Assembly: GCA_965284505.1 (NCBI GenBank)
Contig: OZ260094.1
Span: 1,443,733 to 1,507,732, forward strand
Direction: 5' to 3'
Length of the DNA: 64,000 nt
Origin: Pseudomonadaceae bacterium
Lineage (GTDB): Bacteria > Pseudomonadota > Gammaproteobacteria > Pseudomonadales > Pseudomonadaceae
Positions within the stretch are counted from its first letter, which is position 1. Every line of letters begins with the position of its first letter. A program made the position numbers and the translations under genes. Shown one piece after another: positions 32,011-42,206 of the stretch. The notes beneath the pieces are model-generated. The model had not been told where the DNA came from and ran no database searches. It was given only the letters and a program-made list of their open reading frames with translations.

Positions 32011-32904
32011 TCAGCCTTTCTTTTGGGCAAACAACGCATCGAGCTTCTGCTCGAAGGTGTGGTAGTCGATGCGATCGTAGAGCTCCATGCGAGTCTGCAT
32101 GGTGTCGATGACGTTTTGCTGGGTGCCATCGCGGCGGATGGCGGTGTAGACGTTTTCCGCAGCCTTGTTCATGGCGCGGAACGCCGACAGCGGGTACAGC
32201 ACCAGCGACACGTCGGCGGCCTTGAGCTGCTCGGTGGTGTAAAGCGGAGTGGCGCCGAATTCGGTGATGTTGGCCAGGATCGGCGCTTTCACGCGGCTGG
32301 CGAACAGCTTGTACATTTCCAGCTCGGTGATGGCTTCCGGGAACACCATGTCGGCGCCGGCTTCGATGCACGCGGCGGCGCGATCCAGCGCCGACTCCAG
32401 GCCTTCAACGGCCAGGGCATCGGTACGGGCCATGATCACGAAGCTGTCATCCGTACGGGCATCGACGGCGGCCTTGATGCGGTCGATCATCTCCTGCTGG
32501 GTGACGATTTCCTTGTTTGGGCGGTGACCGCAGCGCTTGGCGCCGACCTGGTCTTCGATGTGGATCGCCGCGGCGCCGAACTTGATCATCGACTTCACGG
32601 TACGGGCCACGTTGAAGGCCGAGGAACCGAAACCGGTGTCGACATCCACCAGCAGCGGCAGGTCGCAGACGTCGGTGATGCGACGGACGTCGGTCAGCAC
32701 GTCATCGAGGCCGGTGATGCCCAGGTCCGGTACGCCGAGGGAGCCGGCAGCGACGCCGCCACCCGACAGATAAATAGCTTTGAAACCGGCGCGCTTGGCC
32801 AGCAGCGCGTGGTTGGCGTTGATCGCGCCGACCACTTGCAACGGCTGCTCGCTGGCAACCGCATCACGGAAACGCTGGCCTGGTGTGCTCTTGTTGGAAC
32901 TCAT
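32011..32904 (-). CDS. prpB: 2-methylisocitrate lyase
   Basis: KRCGHRPNK motif, DVDTGFG, ARTDA. Confidence 0.96.
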   Translation of the reverse strand: MSSNKSTPGQRFRDAVASEQPLQVVGAINANHALLAKRAGFKAIYLSGGGVAAGSLGVPDLGITGLDDVLTDVRRITDVCDLPLLVDVDTGFGSSAFNVARTVKSMIKFGAAAIHIEDQVGAKRCGHRPNKEIVTQQEMIDRIKAAVDARTDDSFVIMARTDALAVEGLESALDRAAACIEAGADMVFPEAITELEMYKLFASRVKAPILANITEFGATPLYTTEQLKAADVSLVLYPLSAFRAMNKAAENVYTAIRRDGTQQNVIDTMQTRMELYDRIDYHTFEQKLDALFAQKKG

Positions 32905-33623
32905 GACTCACCTCGTGGAGTGACTGTCTGGTGGGCGCCGTCCTGATAGTGACGGGCGATGTTGCGTTTCGAGGCGCCGATGTGACGACGCATCAGTAAC
33001 TCGGCCAATTCACCGTCACGGTCGGCGATGGCATCGAGAATTCGGTGGTGCTCGGCGAACGCCTGGCGCGGCCGATTGGGCGTGGCGGAAAACTTCATGC
33101 GGTACATGCGCACCAGCTGATACAGCTCGCCGCAGAGCATTTGGGTCAGCGTGCGGTTGCCGCTGCCCTGGATGATCCGGTAGTGGAAGTCGAAATCGCC
33201 TTCCTGCTGGTAGTAGCCGACACCGGCCTGGAACGCGGCGTCGCGTTCATGGGTCTCCAGCACCTGGCGCAGTTCGTCGATCTCTTCGTTGCTCATGCGC
33301 TCGGCGGCCAGGCGACAAGCCATGCCTTCGAGGGACTCGCGGATTTCGTAGAGCTCGATCAGCTCGGCGTGGTTCAACGACACCACGCGGGCGCCGACAT
33401 GGGGCACGCGCACCAGCAGGCGCTGGCCTTCGAGACGGTGGATGGCCTCGCGCAACGGGCCACGGCTGATACCGTAGGTGCGCGCCAGCTCCGGCTCGGA
33501 GATTTTGCTGCCCGGGGCGATGTCACCTTTGACTATGGCCGCCTGGATACGCCGGAAGACGTTTTCGGAAAGGGTTTCCGAATCATCAGCGGCTATCACC
33601 GGGGGATCAAGTTGATCCAGCAT
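32901..33623 (-). CDS. prpR: GntR (FCD) regulator of the methylcitrate operon
   Basis: w[23 protein letters not shown] and FCD domain (DFDFHYRI); overlaps the prpB start. Confidence 0.85.
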   Translation of the reverse strand: MLDQLDPPVIAADDSETLSENVFRRIQAAIVKGDIAPGSKISEPELARTYGISRGPLREAIHRLEGQRLLVRVPHVGARVVSLNHAELIELYEIRESLEGMACRLAAERMSNEEIDELRQVLETHERDAAFQAGVGYYQQEGDFDFHYRIIQGSGNRTLTQMLCGELYQLVRMYRMKFSATPNRPRQAFAEHHRILDAIADRDGELAELLMRRHIGASKRNIARHYQDGAHQTVTPRGES

Positions 33624-33708
33624 ATTGTCGACACCTTGCAAGTCAGTGCGGCAAAAATTAACCAAAATCCTCATCGCAGTCAAAGGAAATAGTGAGATTG
33701 TCGACAAT
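33624..33708. promoter_or_regulatory. Two GntR/PrpR operator palindromes
   Basis: Perfect ATTGTCGACAAT at 33697-33708 and near-copy ATTGTCGACACC at 33624-33635 next to the start codon. Confidence 0.78.
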
Positions 33709-33894
33709 CGTCTAATAAACCCATTTACTAAAGCGAAATCAAAGGACCACCTCGGCGCTGGCACCAGAAAAACAGCGTGTTAGAATGCCGCCCGCATTTG
33801 CCTGTCATCTTTGTATGGCAGGCACACGAGGGCGCTTGTGCAGTTAATGCCAGTCACCTTGAACTGAAGAATGGACCGCAACGCGCCAGGATTT

Positions 33895-34431
33895 ATGAGA
33901 CTCAAGCACCTCCCTTTATTGCTCTGCCTGTTCTGCCTGCCGGGCCTCGGTTACGCGGGCGAAAAGACCGTGTATGGCCTCAACGAGTACGCACAGCTGT
34001 CAGGCATCGACCTGGAAGTCGCGGCCAAGCTCGATACCGGGGCAAAGACCGCCTCCTTGAGTGCCCGCGACATCAAGCGTTTCAAACGCAACGGTGAGTC
34101 CTGGGTGCGCTTTTACCTCGCCATCGACGCCGCGCACTCGCACCCGATCGAGCGCCCTCTGGCGCGGGTCAGCAAGATCAAACGCCGCGCCGGTGACTAC
34201 GATCCCGAAGAGGGCAAGAACTACACCGCGCGCCCGGTCATCGAGCTGGATATCTGCATGGGCACCGCCTTGCGCAGCATAGAAGTGAACTTGACCGACC
34301 GAAGTGCATTCCAATACCCGCTCCTGATCGGCTCCGAGGCGCTCAAACGCTTCGATGCCCTGGTCGACCCAAGCCTTAAATACGCTGCTGGCAAGCCTGC
34401 CTGCGCCACCGCCGCTCACACCGCAGAGTAA
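33895..34431 (+). CDS. Secreted retropepsin-like aspartic protease (often annotated 'ATP-dependent zinc protease', RimB-like)
   Basis: Signal peptide, AKLDTGAKTASL (DTG motif), RPVIELDIC, NLTDRSAFQYPLLIG. Confidence 0.85.
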   Translation: MRLKHLPLLLCLFCLPGLGYAGEKTVYGLNEYAQLSGIDLEVAAKLDTGAKTASLSARDIKRFKRNGESWVRFYLAIDAAHSHPIERPLARVSKIKRRAGDYDPEEGKNYTARPVIELDICMGTALRSIEVNLTDRSAFQYPLLIGSEALKRFDALVDPSLKYAAGKPACATAAHTAE

Positions 34432-34436
34432 TACCC

Positions 34437-35969
34437 ATGCGCTCTCTTACCCTCCACCTGAAAGTCCTCATCGCCATCCTGGTGGTCCTGGGCATTTCAG
34501 TTACGGCCTACCAGATTTTCGTGCTGGGCATTCCGGTGACCGAAGACGCCACCGACGACCTGTGGAACATCGACGCCAAGGTCGAGTTCGTCGCCAGCGC
34601 CAAGGATCCGGTGAAGATCCAGATGTTCGTGCCACCACTGAGCCGCGACTATGTCAGCCTCAATGAGAGCTTCATCTCCAACAACTACGGGGTGGCGGTC
34701 AACCGCGTCGACGGCAACCGCAAGGTCACCTGGTCGGCACGTCGCGCCAAGGGCAACCAGACCCTCTACTACCGCCTGGTCCTGACCAAGCGCTACACCG
34801 GGGAAAAACCCAAGGTCAAAGGCCCGACTTTCCGCGACAGCATCGCCATCGAAGGCCCGGAAAAAATCGCCGCCGAAGCCCTGCTCGCGCCGATTCGCCA
34901 GCACTCGGCGGACGTCGAGACCTTCATCAGCGAAGCGATCAAGCGGGTCAACAACAGCAACGACGACAACGCCAAGATGCTCCTGGCGGGCGACCCGACG
35001 CCGGCGCACAAGGCCAAGATCGTCGAACTGCTGCTGTCGATCGCCCACGTCCCGGTGGAAAAGGTCCACACCATTCGCCTGGTGGCCGACCAGCCGCAAT
35101 CACCTGAACTGTGGCTGCGCAGCTTCAACGGCACCGACTGGCTGTACTTCAATCCGGAAACCGGCGAGCAGGGCCTGCCCAGCGACCGCCTGTTGTGGTG
35201 GACCGGCGATGACAACCTGATCACCGTCGATGGCGGCAAGAAAGCCACCGTCACCTTCAGCCTGAACAACAGCGAAATGAACGCCATTCGCCTGGCCAAG
35301 CTGACTGACGAGAACACCGACGCCAACTTCCTCGAATACTCGCTGTACGGCCTGCCGCTGCAGACCCAGCAAACCTTCATGATCATGGTGATGATCCCGA
35401 TCGGCGTGCTGGTGATCCTGATCCTGCGCAACCTGATCGGCCTGCAGACCCTCGGCACCTTCACCCCGGTGCTGATCGCCCTGGCCTTCCGCGAGACTCA
35501 ACTGGGCTTCGGTATCGTGCTGTTTACCGTGATCACCGCCCTCGGATTGTCGCTGCGCTCCTACCTTGAGCACCTCAAGCTGCAGATGTTGCCGCGGCTG
35601 TCGGTGGTGCTGACCTTCGTCGTGGTGCTGATCGCCGCCATCAGTCTGTTCAGCCACAAGCTGGGCCTGGAGCGCGGCCTGTCGGTGGCGCTGTTCCCGA
35701 TGGTGATCCTGACCATGACCATCGAACGCCTGTCGATCACCTGGGAAGAGCGTGGCGGCGGCCATGCGATGAAAGTGGCGATCGGCACGCTGTTCGCCGC
35801 GTCCCTGGCGCACCTGATCATGAGCGTGCCAGAACTGGTGTACTTCGTGTTCACCTTCCCGGCGATCCTGCTGATCCTGGTGGGCTTCATGCTGGCCATG
35901 GGTCGTTATCGCGGCTATCGCCTGACCGAGTTGGTGCGTTTCAAAGCCTTCGTCAAGGCTGACTCGTAA
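34437..35969 (+). CDS. Inactive-transglutaminase / 7TM-domain membrane protein
   Basis: N-terminal anchor, large extracytoplasmic domain, C-terminal multi-TM block starting GLQTLGTFTPVLIALAF. Confidence 0.8.
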   Translation: MRSLTLHLKVLIAILVVLGISVTAYQIFVLGIPVTEDATDDLWNIDAKVEFVASAKDPVKIQMFVPPLSRDYVSLNESFISNNYGVAVNRVDGNRKVTWSARRAKGNQTLYYRLVLTKRYTGEKPKVKGPTFRDSIAIEGPEKIAAEALLAPIRQHSADVETFISEAIKRVNNSNDDNAKMLLAGDPTPAHKAKIVELLLSIAHVPVEKVHTIRLVADQPQSPELWLRSFNGTDWLYFNPETGEQGLPSDRLLWWTGDDNLITVDGGKKATVTFSLNNSEMNAIRLAKLTDENTDANFLEYSLYGLPLQTQQTFMIMVMIPIGVLVILILRNLIGLQTLGTFTPVLIALAFRETQLGFGIVLFTVITALGLSLRSYLEHLKLQMLPRLSVVLTFVVVLIAAISLFSHKLGLERGLSVALFPMVILTMTIERLSITWEERGGGHAMKVAIGTLFAASLAHLIMSVPELVYFVFTFPAILLILVGFMLAMGRYRGYRLTELVRFKAFVKADS

Positions 35970-36955
35970 TGTTCGGGCTCTGGAAGACCTGGAAGGCCCT
36001 GGAGGCGCGGGGCATCATGGGCATCAACCGGCGTAACGCCGACTACGTGCTCAAGTACAACAAACGCAGCCTGTACCCGATTGTCGACGACAAGATCCTG
36101 ACCAAGGAGCGGGCGATCAAGGCCGGCATCCACGTGCCGCAAATGTACGGGGTGATCTCCACCGAGAAGGAAATCGACAAGCTCGGCGAGATCATCGACG
36201 GCCACACCGACTTCGTGATCAAGCCGGCACAGGGTGCCGGCGGCGACGGCATCCTGGTGATCGCCGATCGCTTCGAGGGCCGCTATCGCACCGTCTCGGG
36301 GAAAATCATCAGCCACGAGGAAATCGAGCATCAGATCTCGAGCATCCTCACCGGCCTGTATTCCCTGGGCGGACACCGCGACCGCGCCTTGATCGAATAC
36401 CGGGTGATCCCCGACCAGATCTTCAAAAGCATCAGTTATGAAGGCGTGCCGGATATCCGCATCATCGTTCTGATGGGCTACCCGGTGATGGCCATGCTGC
36501 GCCTGCCGACCCGTCAGTCCGGCGGCAAGGCCAACCTTCACCAGGGCGCGATCGGCGTCGGCGTCGACCTGGCCACCGGCCTGACCCTGCGCGGCACCTG
36601 GCTGAACAACATCATTAACAAACACCCGGACACCACCAACGCCGTCGACGGCGTGCAACTGCCCTACTGGGATGGTTTCATGAAGCTCGCGGCCGGCTGC
36701 TATGAGCTGTGCGGCCTGGGTTACATCGGCGTCGACATGGTGCTAGACCAGGAAAAAGGCCCGCTGATTCTCGAACTGAATGCGCGCCCAGGGCTGAACA
36801 TCCAGATCGCCAACGACTGCGGGCTGACGTTGCGCACCCATGCGGTCGAGGCGCGCCTGGAAGAGCTGAAGGCCCGTGGCGTGACGGAAAGCGTTGAAGA
36901 GCGCGTGGCCTTTGTTCAGGAAATGTTTGGGCATATACCGCCGGTTGAGGGTTGA
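35969..36955 (+). CDS. Alpha-L-glutamate ligase-like ATP-grasp enzyme (RimK-related)
   Basis: GINRRN, DDKILTK, VIKPAQGAGGDGI, ANLHQGA, GVDMV, ELNARPGL. Start overlaps the upstream stop (TAATG). Confidence 0.88.
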   Translation: MFGLWKTWKALEARGIMGINRRNADYVLKYNKRSLYPIVDDKILTKERAIKAGIHVPQMYGVISTEKEIDKLGEIIDGHTDFVIKPAQGAGGDGILVIADRFEGRYRTVSGKIISHEEIEHQISSILTGLYSLGGHRDRALIEYRVIPDQIFKSISYEGVPDIRIIVLMGYPVMAMLRLPTRQSGGKANLHQGAIGVGVDLATGLTLRGTWLNNIINKHPDTTNAVDGVQLPYWDGFMKLAAGCYELCGLGYIGVDMVLDQEKGPLILELNARPGLNIQIANDCGLTLRTHAVEARLEELKARGVTESVEERVAFVQEMFGHIPPVEG

Positions 36956-36974
36956 TCCAAGACCGTGGAGCGAC

Positions 36975-37040
36975 CTTCGCGAGCAGGCTCGCTCCCACAG
37001 AGCTCGTTTAGATTCTGTGGGAGCGAGCCTGCTCGCGAAG
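36975..37040. repeat. REP pair in reversed (GTGG-inward) orientation
   Basis: CTTCGCGAGCAGGCTCGCTCCCACAG-N14-CTGTGGGAGCGAGCCTGCTCGCGAAG. Confidence 0.9.
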
Positions 37041-37156
37041 ACCATGTAACAAACACCACAACCCTCAACCTGCCAATTCCCGACATCTCCTCTAGAGGCA
37101 TTTCCTACAGAGGAATACAATCGCCACCCCGCCTCGATGGCTGATCTACCCCGCTC

Positions 37157-38500
37157 ATGCAGACCTGCTCCGTACACCCACTGCCCTACCGCGCCAACCC
37201 CGCCGACTATTTTGCGGCGATCCGCCATGCTCCCGGCAGCGTGCTCCTCGACAGCGGGCGGCCGAGTGCCGAACGTGGCCGCTACGACCTGCTCAGCGCC
37301 TGGCCACTGGCAACCCTGGCAGTAGCGCCCGAGGAAAGCGGCGCAGCCTTTCTGCAACGGTTGCGCGAGAGCCTCGGTCAACTGGGCGAGGCCAACCTGC
37401 CGAACGACCTTGAACTGCCCTTCGCCGGCGGATTGATCGGCTACCTCAGCTACGACTTCGGCCGTCATCTGGAGGCCCTGCCCTCCCAGGCCCAGGACGA
37501 CCTGCAACTGCCCGATGCACGTTTCGGCCTGTACCCCTGGGCGCTGATCAGCGATCACCAGGCGTGCAGTAGCCAACTGGTGTTTCATCCGCAGTTAGCC
37601 GACAGCGAACGCCAGCGCCTGATCGAACTGTTCAGCCAGCCGACGACAGCCATCGATTCAAGCTTCAGCCTCGCCGGCGCGATGCAGGCCGATTTGAGTG
37701 CCAGCCAGTACCAGCAAGCCTTTGAGCACATCCAGCAGTACATCCAGGCCGGCGACTGCTATCAGGTCAACTTCGCCCAACGCTTCCGCGCCCAGTGCCA
37801 GGGCGATGCCTGGGCTGCCTATTGCGCCTTGCGCGCGGCATGCCCGACGCCATTTTCGGGCTTCCAGAGCCTGCTCGGTGGCGACGCGATTCTCAGTCTG
37901 TCGCCGGAGCGCTTCGTCAAGGTCAGTGCCGGACATGTCGAAACCCGACCGATCAAGGGCACCCGGCCGCGCGGAGCAAACGCCAGCGAAGATGCAGCCA
38001 ACGCCGCCGAACTGCTGGCCAGCCCGAAGGATCGTGCGGAAAACCTGATGATCGTCGACTTGCTGCGCAACGACCTCGGTCGCACCTGCCGCATCGGTTC
38101 GGTACGGGTGCCGGAGCTGTTCAGCCTGGAAAGCTACCCCAACGTTCACCACCTGGTGAGCAGCGTCACCGGCGAACTGGCCGCCGACCGCGATGCCCTC
38201 GACCTGATCGCTGGCAGTTTCCCTGGCGGCTCGATTACCGGCGCGCCGAAAATTCGCGCGATGCAGATCATCGACGAGCTGGAGCCTACCCGTCGTGGCT
38301 TGTACTGCGGTTCGCTGCTGTATCTGGACGTACGCGGGGAAATGGACAGCTCGATCGCCATCCGCAGCTTGCTGGTCAAGGACGGTCAGGTGTGTTGCTG
38401 GGGTGGCGGCGGGATCGTCGCTGATTCGGACTGGCAGGCGGAGTACCAGGAATCGATCACCAAGGTCAAAGTACTGCTGGAAACCTTGCAGGGTCTTTGA
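37157..38500 (+). CDS. pabB: Aminodeoxychorismate synthase component I
   Basis: GDCYQVN, SPERF, TRPIKGT, ENLMIVDLLRND, FPGGSITGAPK, WGGGGIVADS. Confidence 0.93.
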   Translation: MQTCSVHPLPYRANPADYFAAIRHAPGSVLLDSGRPSAERGRYDLLSAWPLATLAVAPEESGAAFLQRLRESLGQLGEANLPNDLELPFAGGLIGYLSYDFGRHLEALPSQAQDDLQLPDARFGLYPWALISDHQACSSQLVFHPQLADSERQRLIELFSQPTTAIDSSFSLAGAMQADLSASQYQQAFEHIQQYIQAGDCYQVNFAQRFRAQCQGDAWAAYCALRAACPTPFSGFQSLLGGDAILSLSPERFVKVSAGHVETRPIKGTRPRGANASEDAANAAELLASPKDRAENLMIVDLLRNDLGRTCRIGSVRVPELFSLESYPNVHHLVSSVTGELAADRDALDLIAGSFPGGSITGAPKIRAMQIIDELEPTRRGLYCGSLLYLDVRGEMDSSIAIRSLLVKDGQVCCWGGGGIVADSDWQAEYQESITKVKVLLETLQGL

Positions 38501-38539
38501 GGCTAATGTCTCGGGGGAGCGCACTCCCCCGCCACGTTC

Positions 38540-39157
38540 TTACAGGCTCAACTCACGATTCGACGCTTTCAGGAACTCTTGCTTGAGATCGGCGAAGCTG
38601 TGCACCGCCGGGAACTGCGGGAATTCGCGGATCACATTGTCCGGCGCATGGAACAGGATCCCGGCATCCGCCTCACCAAGCATGGTGGTGTCGTTGTACG
38701 AATCACCCGCTGCAATCACCCGGTAGTACAGGCTCTTGAAGGCCAGTACCGACTGACGCTTTGGATCTTTCTGACGCAGTTGATAGCCCGTGACGCGCCC
38801 GGTTTCGTCGGTAATCAGACGATGGCAGAGCAAAGTCGGGAAGCCCAGTTGGCGCATCAGCGGCTGGGAAAATTCGTAGAAGGTGTCGGACAGAATCACC
38901 ACCTGGAAGCGCTCGCGCAGCCAGTTGACGAACTCGATGGCGCCGTCCAGCGGCTTAAGCGTGCCGATGACTTCCTGGATGTCGGCCAGTTTCAGGCCAT
39001 GCTCATCAAGGATCCGCAGGCGCTGCTGCATCAGCACGTCGTAGTCGGGAATATCCCGGGTGGTTGCCCTGAGGGATTCAATCCCGGTTTTTTCGGCGAA
39101 GGCGATCCAGATTTCCGGAACCAGGACACCTTCCAGATCGAGACAGGCAATTTCCAC
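38540..39157 (-). CDS. thrH: Phosphoserine phosphatase / homoserine phosphotransferase
   Basis: GTG start; CLDLEGVLVPEIW, LSDTFYEF, GDSYNDTTML. Confidence 0.95.
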   Translation of the reverse strand: MEIACLDLEGVLVPEIWIAFAEKTGIESLRATTRDIPDYDVLMQQRLRILDEHGLKLADIQEVIGTLKPLDGAIEFVNWLRERFQVVILSDTFYEFSQPLMRQLGFPTLLCHRLITDETGRVTGYQLRQKDPKRQSVLAFKSLYYRVIAAGDSYNDTTMLGEADAGILFHAPDNVIREFPQFPAVHSFADLKQEFLKASNRELSL

Positions 39158-39279
39158 AACACACTCCCATTTGTACTGATTATTGAGTTGAGCGAGCAAA
39201 AGGACTGCCGAACTCTAGCGAGTCATCACCTGCGGCGCAACGCAGACGAGCGCGCCAGGCGCCCCAGATGTTCAGGCCT

Positions 39280-39381
39280 CTGTAGGAGCGAGCCTGCTCG
39301 CGAAAAACTTCAGGACGCCGCGCCCATTCAGAATGCCCGCGGTATCGTTAACGTTTTTCGCGAGCAGGCTCGCTCCTACAG
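39280..39381. repeat. REPIN
   Basis: CTGTAGGAGCGAGCCTGCTCGCGAAAAAC ... GTTTTTCGCGAGCAGGCTCGCTCCTACAG. Confidence 0.92.
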
Positions 39382-39488
39382 GGCCCTCTGTGTTGGCTCA
39401 ACAGCATTACGCCAGGCGCCCCGGGATTTTGTTACCATCGCCAACATATAGAGCGCTTAGCGCCACCGACCTGTAGGAAACCGCCCTG

Positions 39489-40223
39489 ATGAGCCCAACG
39501 TTCGACGTCGCCGAACTCGCTGCGACCTATGCCAACAAATCCGCCCAGGACATTCTCAAGCTGGCCTTCGCCGAATTCGGCGACGAGCTGTGGATCTCCT
39601 TCAGCGGCGCCGAAGACGTGGTGCTGGTGGACATGGCCTGGAAGCTGAACAAGAACGTCAAGGTGTTCAGCCTGGACACCGGTCGCCTGCACCCGGAAAC
39701 CTACCGTTTCATCGATCAGGTGCGCGAGCACTACAACATCCAGATCGAACTGGTCTCGCCGGACCACAGCAAGCTTGAGCCGTTCATCAAGGAAAAAGGT
39801 CTGTTCAGCTTCTACAAGGACGGCCATGGCGAGTGCTGCGGCATCCGCAAGATCGAACCGCTGCGGCGCAAGCTGTCCACCGTGCGTGCCTGGGCCACCG
39901 GCCAGCGCCGCGACCAGAGCCCCGGCACCCGCAGCCAGGTGGCGGTGATGGAAATCGACGGCGCGTTCTCCACCCCCGAGCGCACCCTGTACAAGTTCAA
40001 CCCGCTGGCGCAAATGACCAGCGATGAGATCTGGGGCTACATCCGCATGCTCGAACTGCCCTACAACAGCCTGCATGAGCGCGGTTTCATCAGCATCGGC
40101 TGCGAACCCTGCACCCGCCCCGTGCTGCCGAACCAGCACGAACGCGAAGGTCGCTGGTGGTGGGAAGAGGCCACGCAGAAAGAATGTGGTTTGCACGCGG
40201 GCAATATCATCAAGAAAGCCTGA
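39489..40223 (+). CDS. cysH: Adenylyl-sulfate (APS) reductase, Fe-S type
   Basis: [42 protein letters not shown]. The CC...CxxC pattern indicates APS rather than PAPS reductase. Confidence 0.94.
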   Translation: MSPTFDVAELAATYANKSAQDILKLAFAEFGDELWISFSGAEDVVLVDMAWKLNKNVKVFSLDTGRLHPETYRFIDQVREHYNIQIELVSPDHSKLEPFIKEKGLFSFYKDGHGECCGIRKIEPLRRKLSTVRAWATGQRRDQSPGTRSQVAVMEIDGAFSTPERTLYKFNPLAQMTSDEIWGYIRMLELPYNSLHERGFISIGCEPCTRPVLPNQHEREGRWWWEEATQKECGLHAGNIIKKA

Positions 40224-40236
40224 TTCCCCTCTCCCT

Positions 40237-40316
40237 TGTAGGAGCGGGCTTGCCCGCGAATGGGCCATCGAATTCAACACGCATGTTGCGTCTTCGCTGG
40301 CAAGCCAGCTCCTACA
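40237..40316. repeat. Hybrid REPIN (two different REP variants)
   Basis: TGTAGGAGCGGGCTTGCCCGCGAA paired with TTCGCTGGCAAGCCAGCTCCTACA. Confidence 0.88.
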
Positions 40317-40341
40317 GGATGCAATTCGCCCGCCCTAAACA

Positions 40342-40364
40342 TTGCATGCAATTTTTGTATGCAA
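40342..40364. promoter_or_regulatory. Tandem GntR-like operator boxes upstream of the racemase
   Basis: TTGCATGCAA (40342-51) and TTGTATGCAA (40355-64) resemble TTGTATACAA-type GntR sites. Confidence 0.5.
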
Positions 40365-40428
40365 TCATCCAAATCCACGGTACAACTGCCATTCCCGCAC
40401 CCACAACAGCACGTTGCAAGGACGGTCC

Positions 40429-41148
40429 ATGCGCATACTCGTGGTCAACGTCAACACCAGCGAATCCATTACCCGGGCCATCACCCGCCAGGCGCAAAGC
40501 GTGGCGGCGCCAGGGACCGAGATCATCGGGCTGACCCCGCACTTCGGTGCCGAGTCGGTCGAAGGCAATTTCGAAAGCTACCTGGCAGCGGTCGCGGTGA
40601 TGCAGCGGGTCATGGCCTATGACCAGCCGTTCGACGCGGTGGTCCAGGCCGGCTACGGTGAACACGGTCGCGAGGGTTTGCAGGAGCTGCTCGAGGTGCC
40701 TGTGGTGGATATCACCGATGCCGCCGCCAGCACTGCGATGTTCCTGGGCCACGCCTATTCGGTGGTCACCAGCCTCGACCGCACGGTGCCGTTGATCGAA
40801 GATCGCCTGAGACTGTCCGGGCTCTGGCAACGCTGCGCCTCGGTGCGCGCCAGCGGATTGGCCGTGCTGGAACTGGAGCAAGATCCCGAGCGCGCCTTGC
40901 AGGCCATCGTGCAGCAGGCCGAAATCGCCGTGCGCGAGGACAAGGCTGAAGTCATTTGCCTGGGCTGCGGCGGCATGGCCGGGCTGGCGGAGCAGATTCG
41001 TCAGCGCAGCGGCGTGCCAGTGGTGGATGGGGTGACGGCGGCGGTAACCTTGGCCGAATCATTGGTTCGCCTGGGCCTGTCGACCTCCAAGGTACGCACC
41101 TATGCCGCCCCGCGGGCGAAAGCCATCGTCGGCTGGCCCACCCGCTGA
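40429..41148 (+). CDS. Hydantoin/allantoin racemase-family protein
   Basis: MRILVVNVNT, SVEGNFE, GEHGREGLQE, VICLGCGGMAG, VPVVDGV. Confidence 0.88.
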   Translation: MRILVVNVNTSESITRAITRQAQSVAAPGTEIIGLTPHFGAESVEGNFESYLAAVAVMQRVMAYDQPFDAVVQAGYGEHGREGLQELLEVPVVDITDAAASTAMFLGHAYSVVTSLDRTVPLIEDRLRLSGLWQRCASVRASGLAVLELEQDPERALQAIVQQAEIAVREDKAEVICLGCGGMAGLAEQIRQRSGVPVVDGVTAAVTLAESLVRLGLSTSKVRTYAAPRAKAIVGWPTR

Positions 41149-41157
41149 AATCGAGGC

Positions 41158-42081
41158 TCAGACCGCGCTGAAACGCCGCGCCAGCCCCTGCTCGGCAACC
41201 TGCTCGATGACAAAATCAACGAATGCACGGGTCTTGCCCGGGAGCAATTTGTGCTCAGCGTAGTAGATAGAGATATTGCCGTCGTCGACATACCAATCCG
41301 CCAGCACCCGTTGCAGGGTGCCCGCCTGCAAATACCCCAGCGCGAACGGCATGCTGACCAACGCGATGCCCAGACCCTGGGCCGCCGTGGCACAAGCCGC
41401 CTCCGAATCGCTCATGGTCATCCGCGCCCGCAGGCTCAACGGGCTGTGCTGCTGATCACGACTTGTCAGCTGCCATGAACGCACGCGCCCGGTCTGCGGC
41501 GAGCGAATCAGGATGCCGTCGTGCTGCTTCAGATCATCCGGCTCGATCACCACAGGATTTCGCCCCAGGTACTCGGCAGACGCCACCAGCACCCGATGCG
41601 CCGGCGTCAGCTTGCGCGCCACCACGCCCTGGGGCAGCTCGAATCCGCCGCCGATGGCCGCGTCGAAGCCCTGCCCGATCAAGTCGACCTGGCGGTTGTC
41701 GAAATGCCAATCCGGGTTGATCGCCGGAAAGCGCCGCAGGAACTCGCCGAGCAACGGCACGATATACAAGCGTCCGAACACCGTGCCCATGCTGACCTTG
41801 AGCGTACCGGCGGGTCGCCCTTCGGCGCTGGCCAAGTTGGCCACCGCGTTCTGGATGGTGTGCAGGCTGGCGCTGACTTCAGCCAGAAACAACTGCCCGG
41901 CCTCGGTCAACCGCAAGCTCCGCGTGCTGCGCTGGAACAAGCGCACGCCCAACCGCGCCTCGAGCTTGGCGACACTCTTGCCCACCGCCGCCGGCGTCAG
42001 GCTCAAGCGCCGCGCCGCCTCGGCAAAGCTGCCGACTTCGGCGCTACGGACGAAGCATTCGATACTGCTGAAGGTTTCCAT
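41158..42081 (-). CDS. LysR-family regulator
   Basis: FVRSAEVGSFAEAARRL...LEARLGVRLFQRSTR. Confidence 0.92.
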   Translation of the reverse strand: METFSSIECFVRSAEVGSFAEAARRLSLTPAAVGKSVAKLEARLGVRLFQRSTRSLRLTEAGQLFLAEVSASLHTIQNAVANLASAEGRPAGTLKVSMGTVFGRLYIVPLLGEFLRRFPAINPDWHFDNRQVDLIGQGFDAAIGGGFELPQGVVARKLTPAHRVLVASAEYLGRNPVVIEPDDLKQHDGILIRSPQTGRVRSWQLTSRDQQHSPLSLRARMTMSDSEAACATAAQGLGIALVSMPFALGYLQAGTLQRVLADWYVDDGNISIYYAEHKLLPGKTRAFVDFVIEQVAEQGLARRFSAV

Positions 42082-42206
42082 GGCGGCCACTATAAACTTT
42101 TAGTTTACACAGACTATCGCAATTACCGTCTACACAGCAGGTAATCGGAAATCGATACTAGGCTCCATCAACCGCGGCATCTCGCCTCGGGACTTCGGAG
42201 ATCAAC

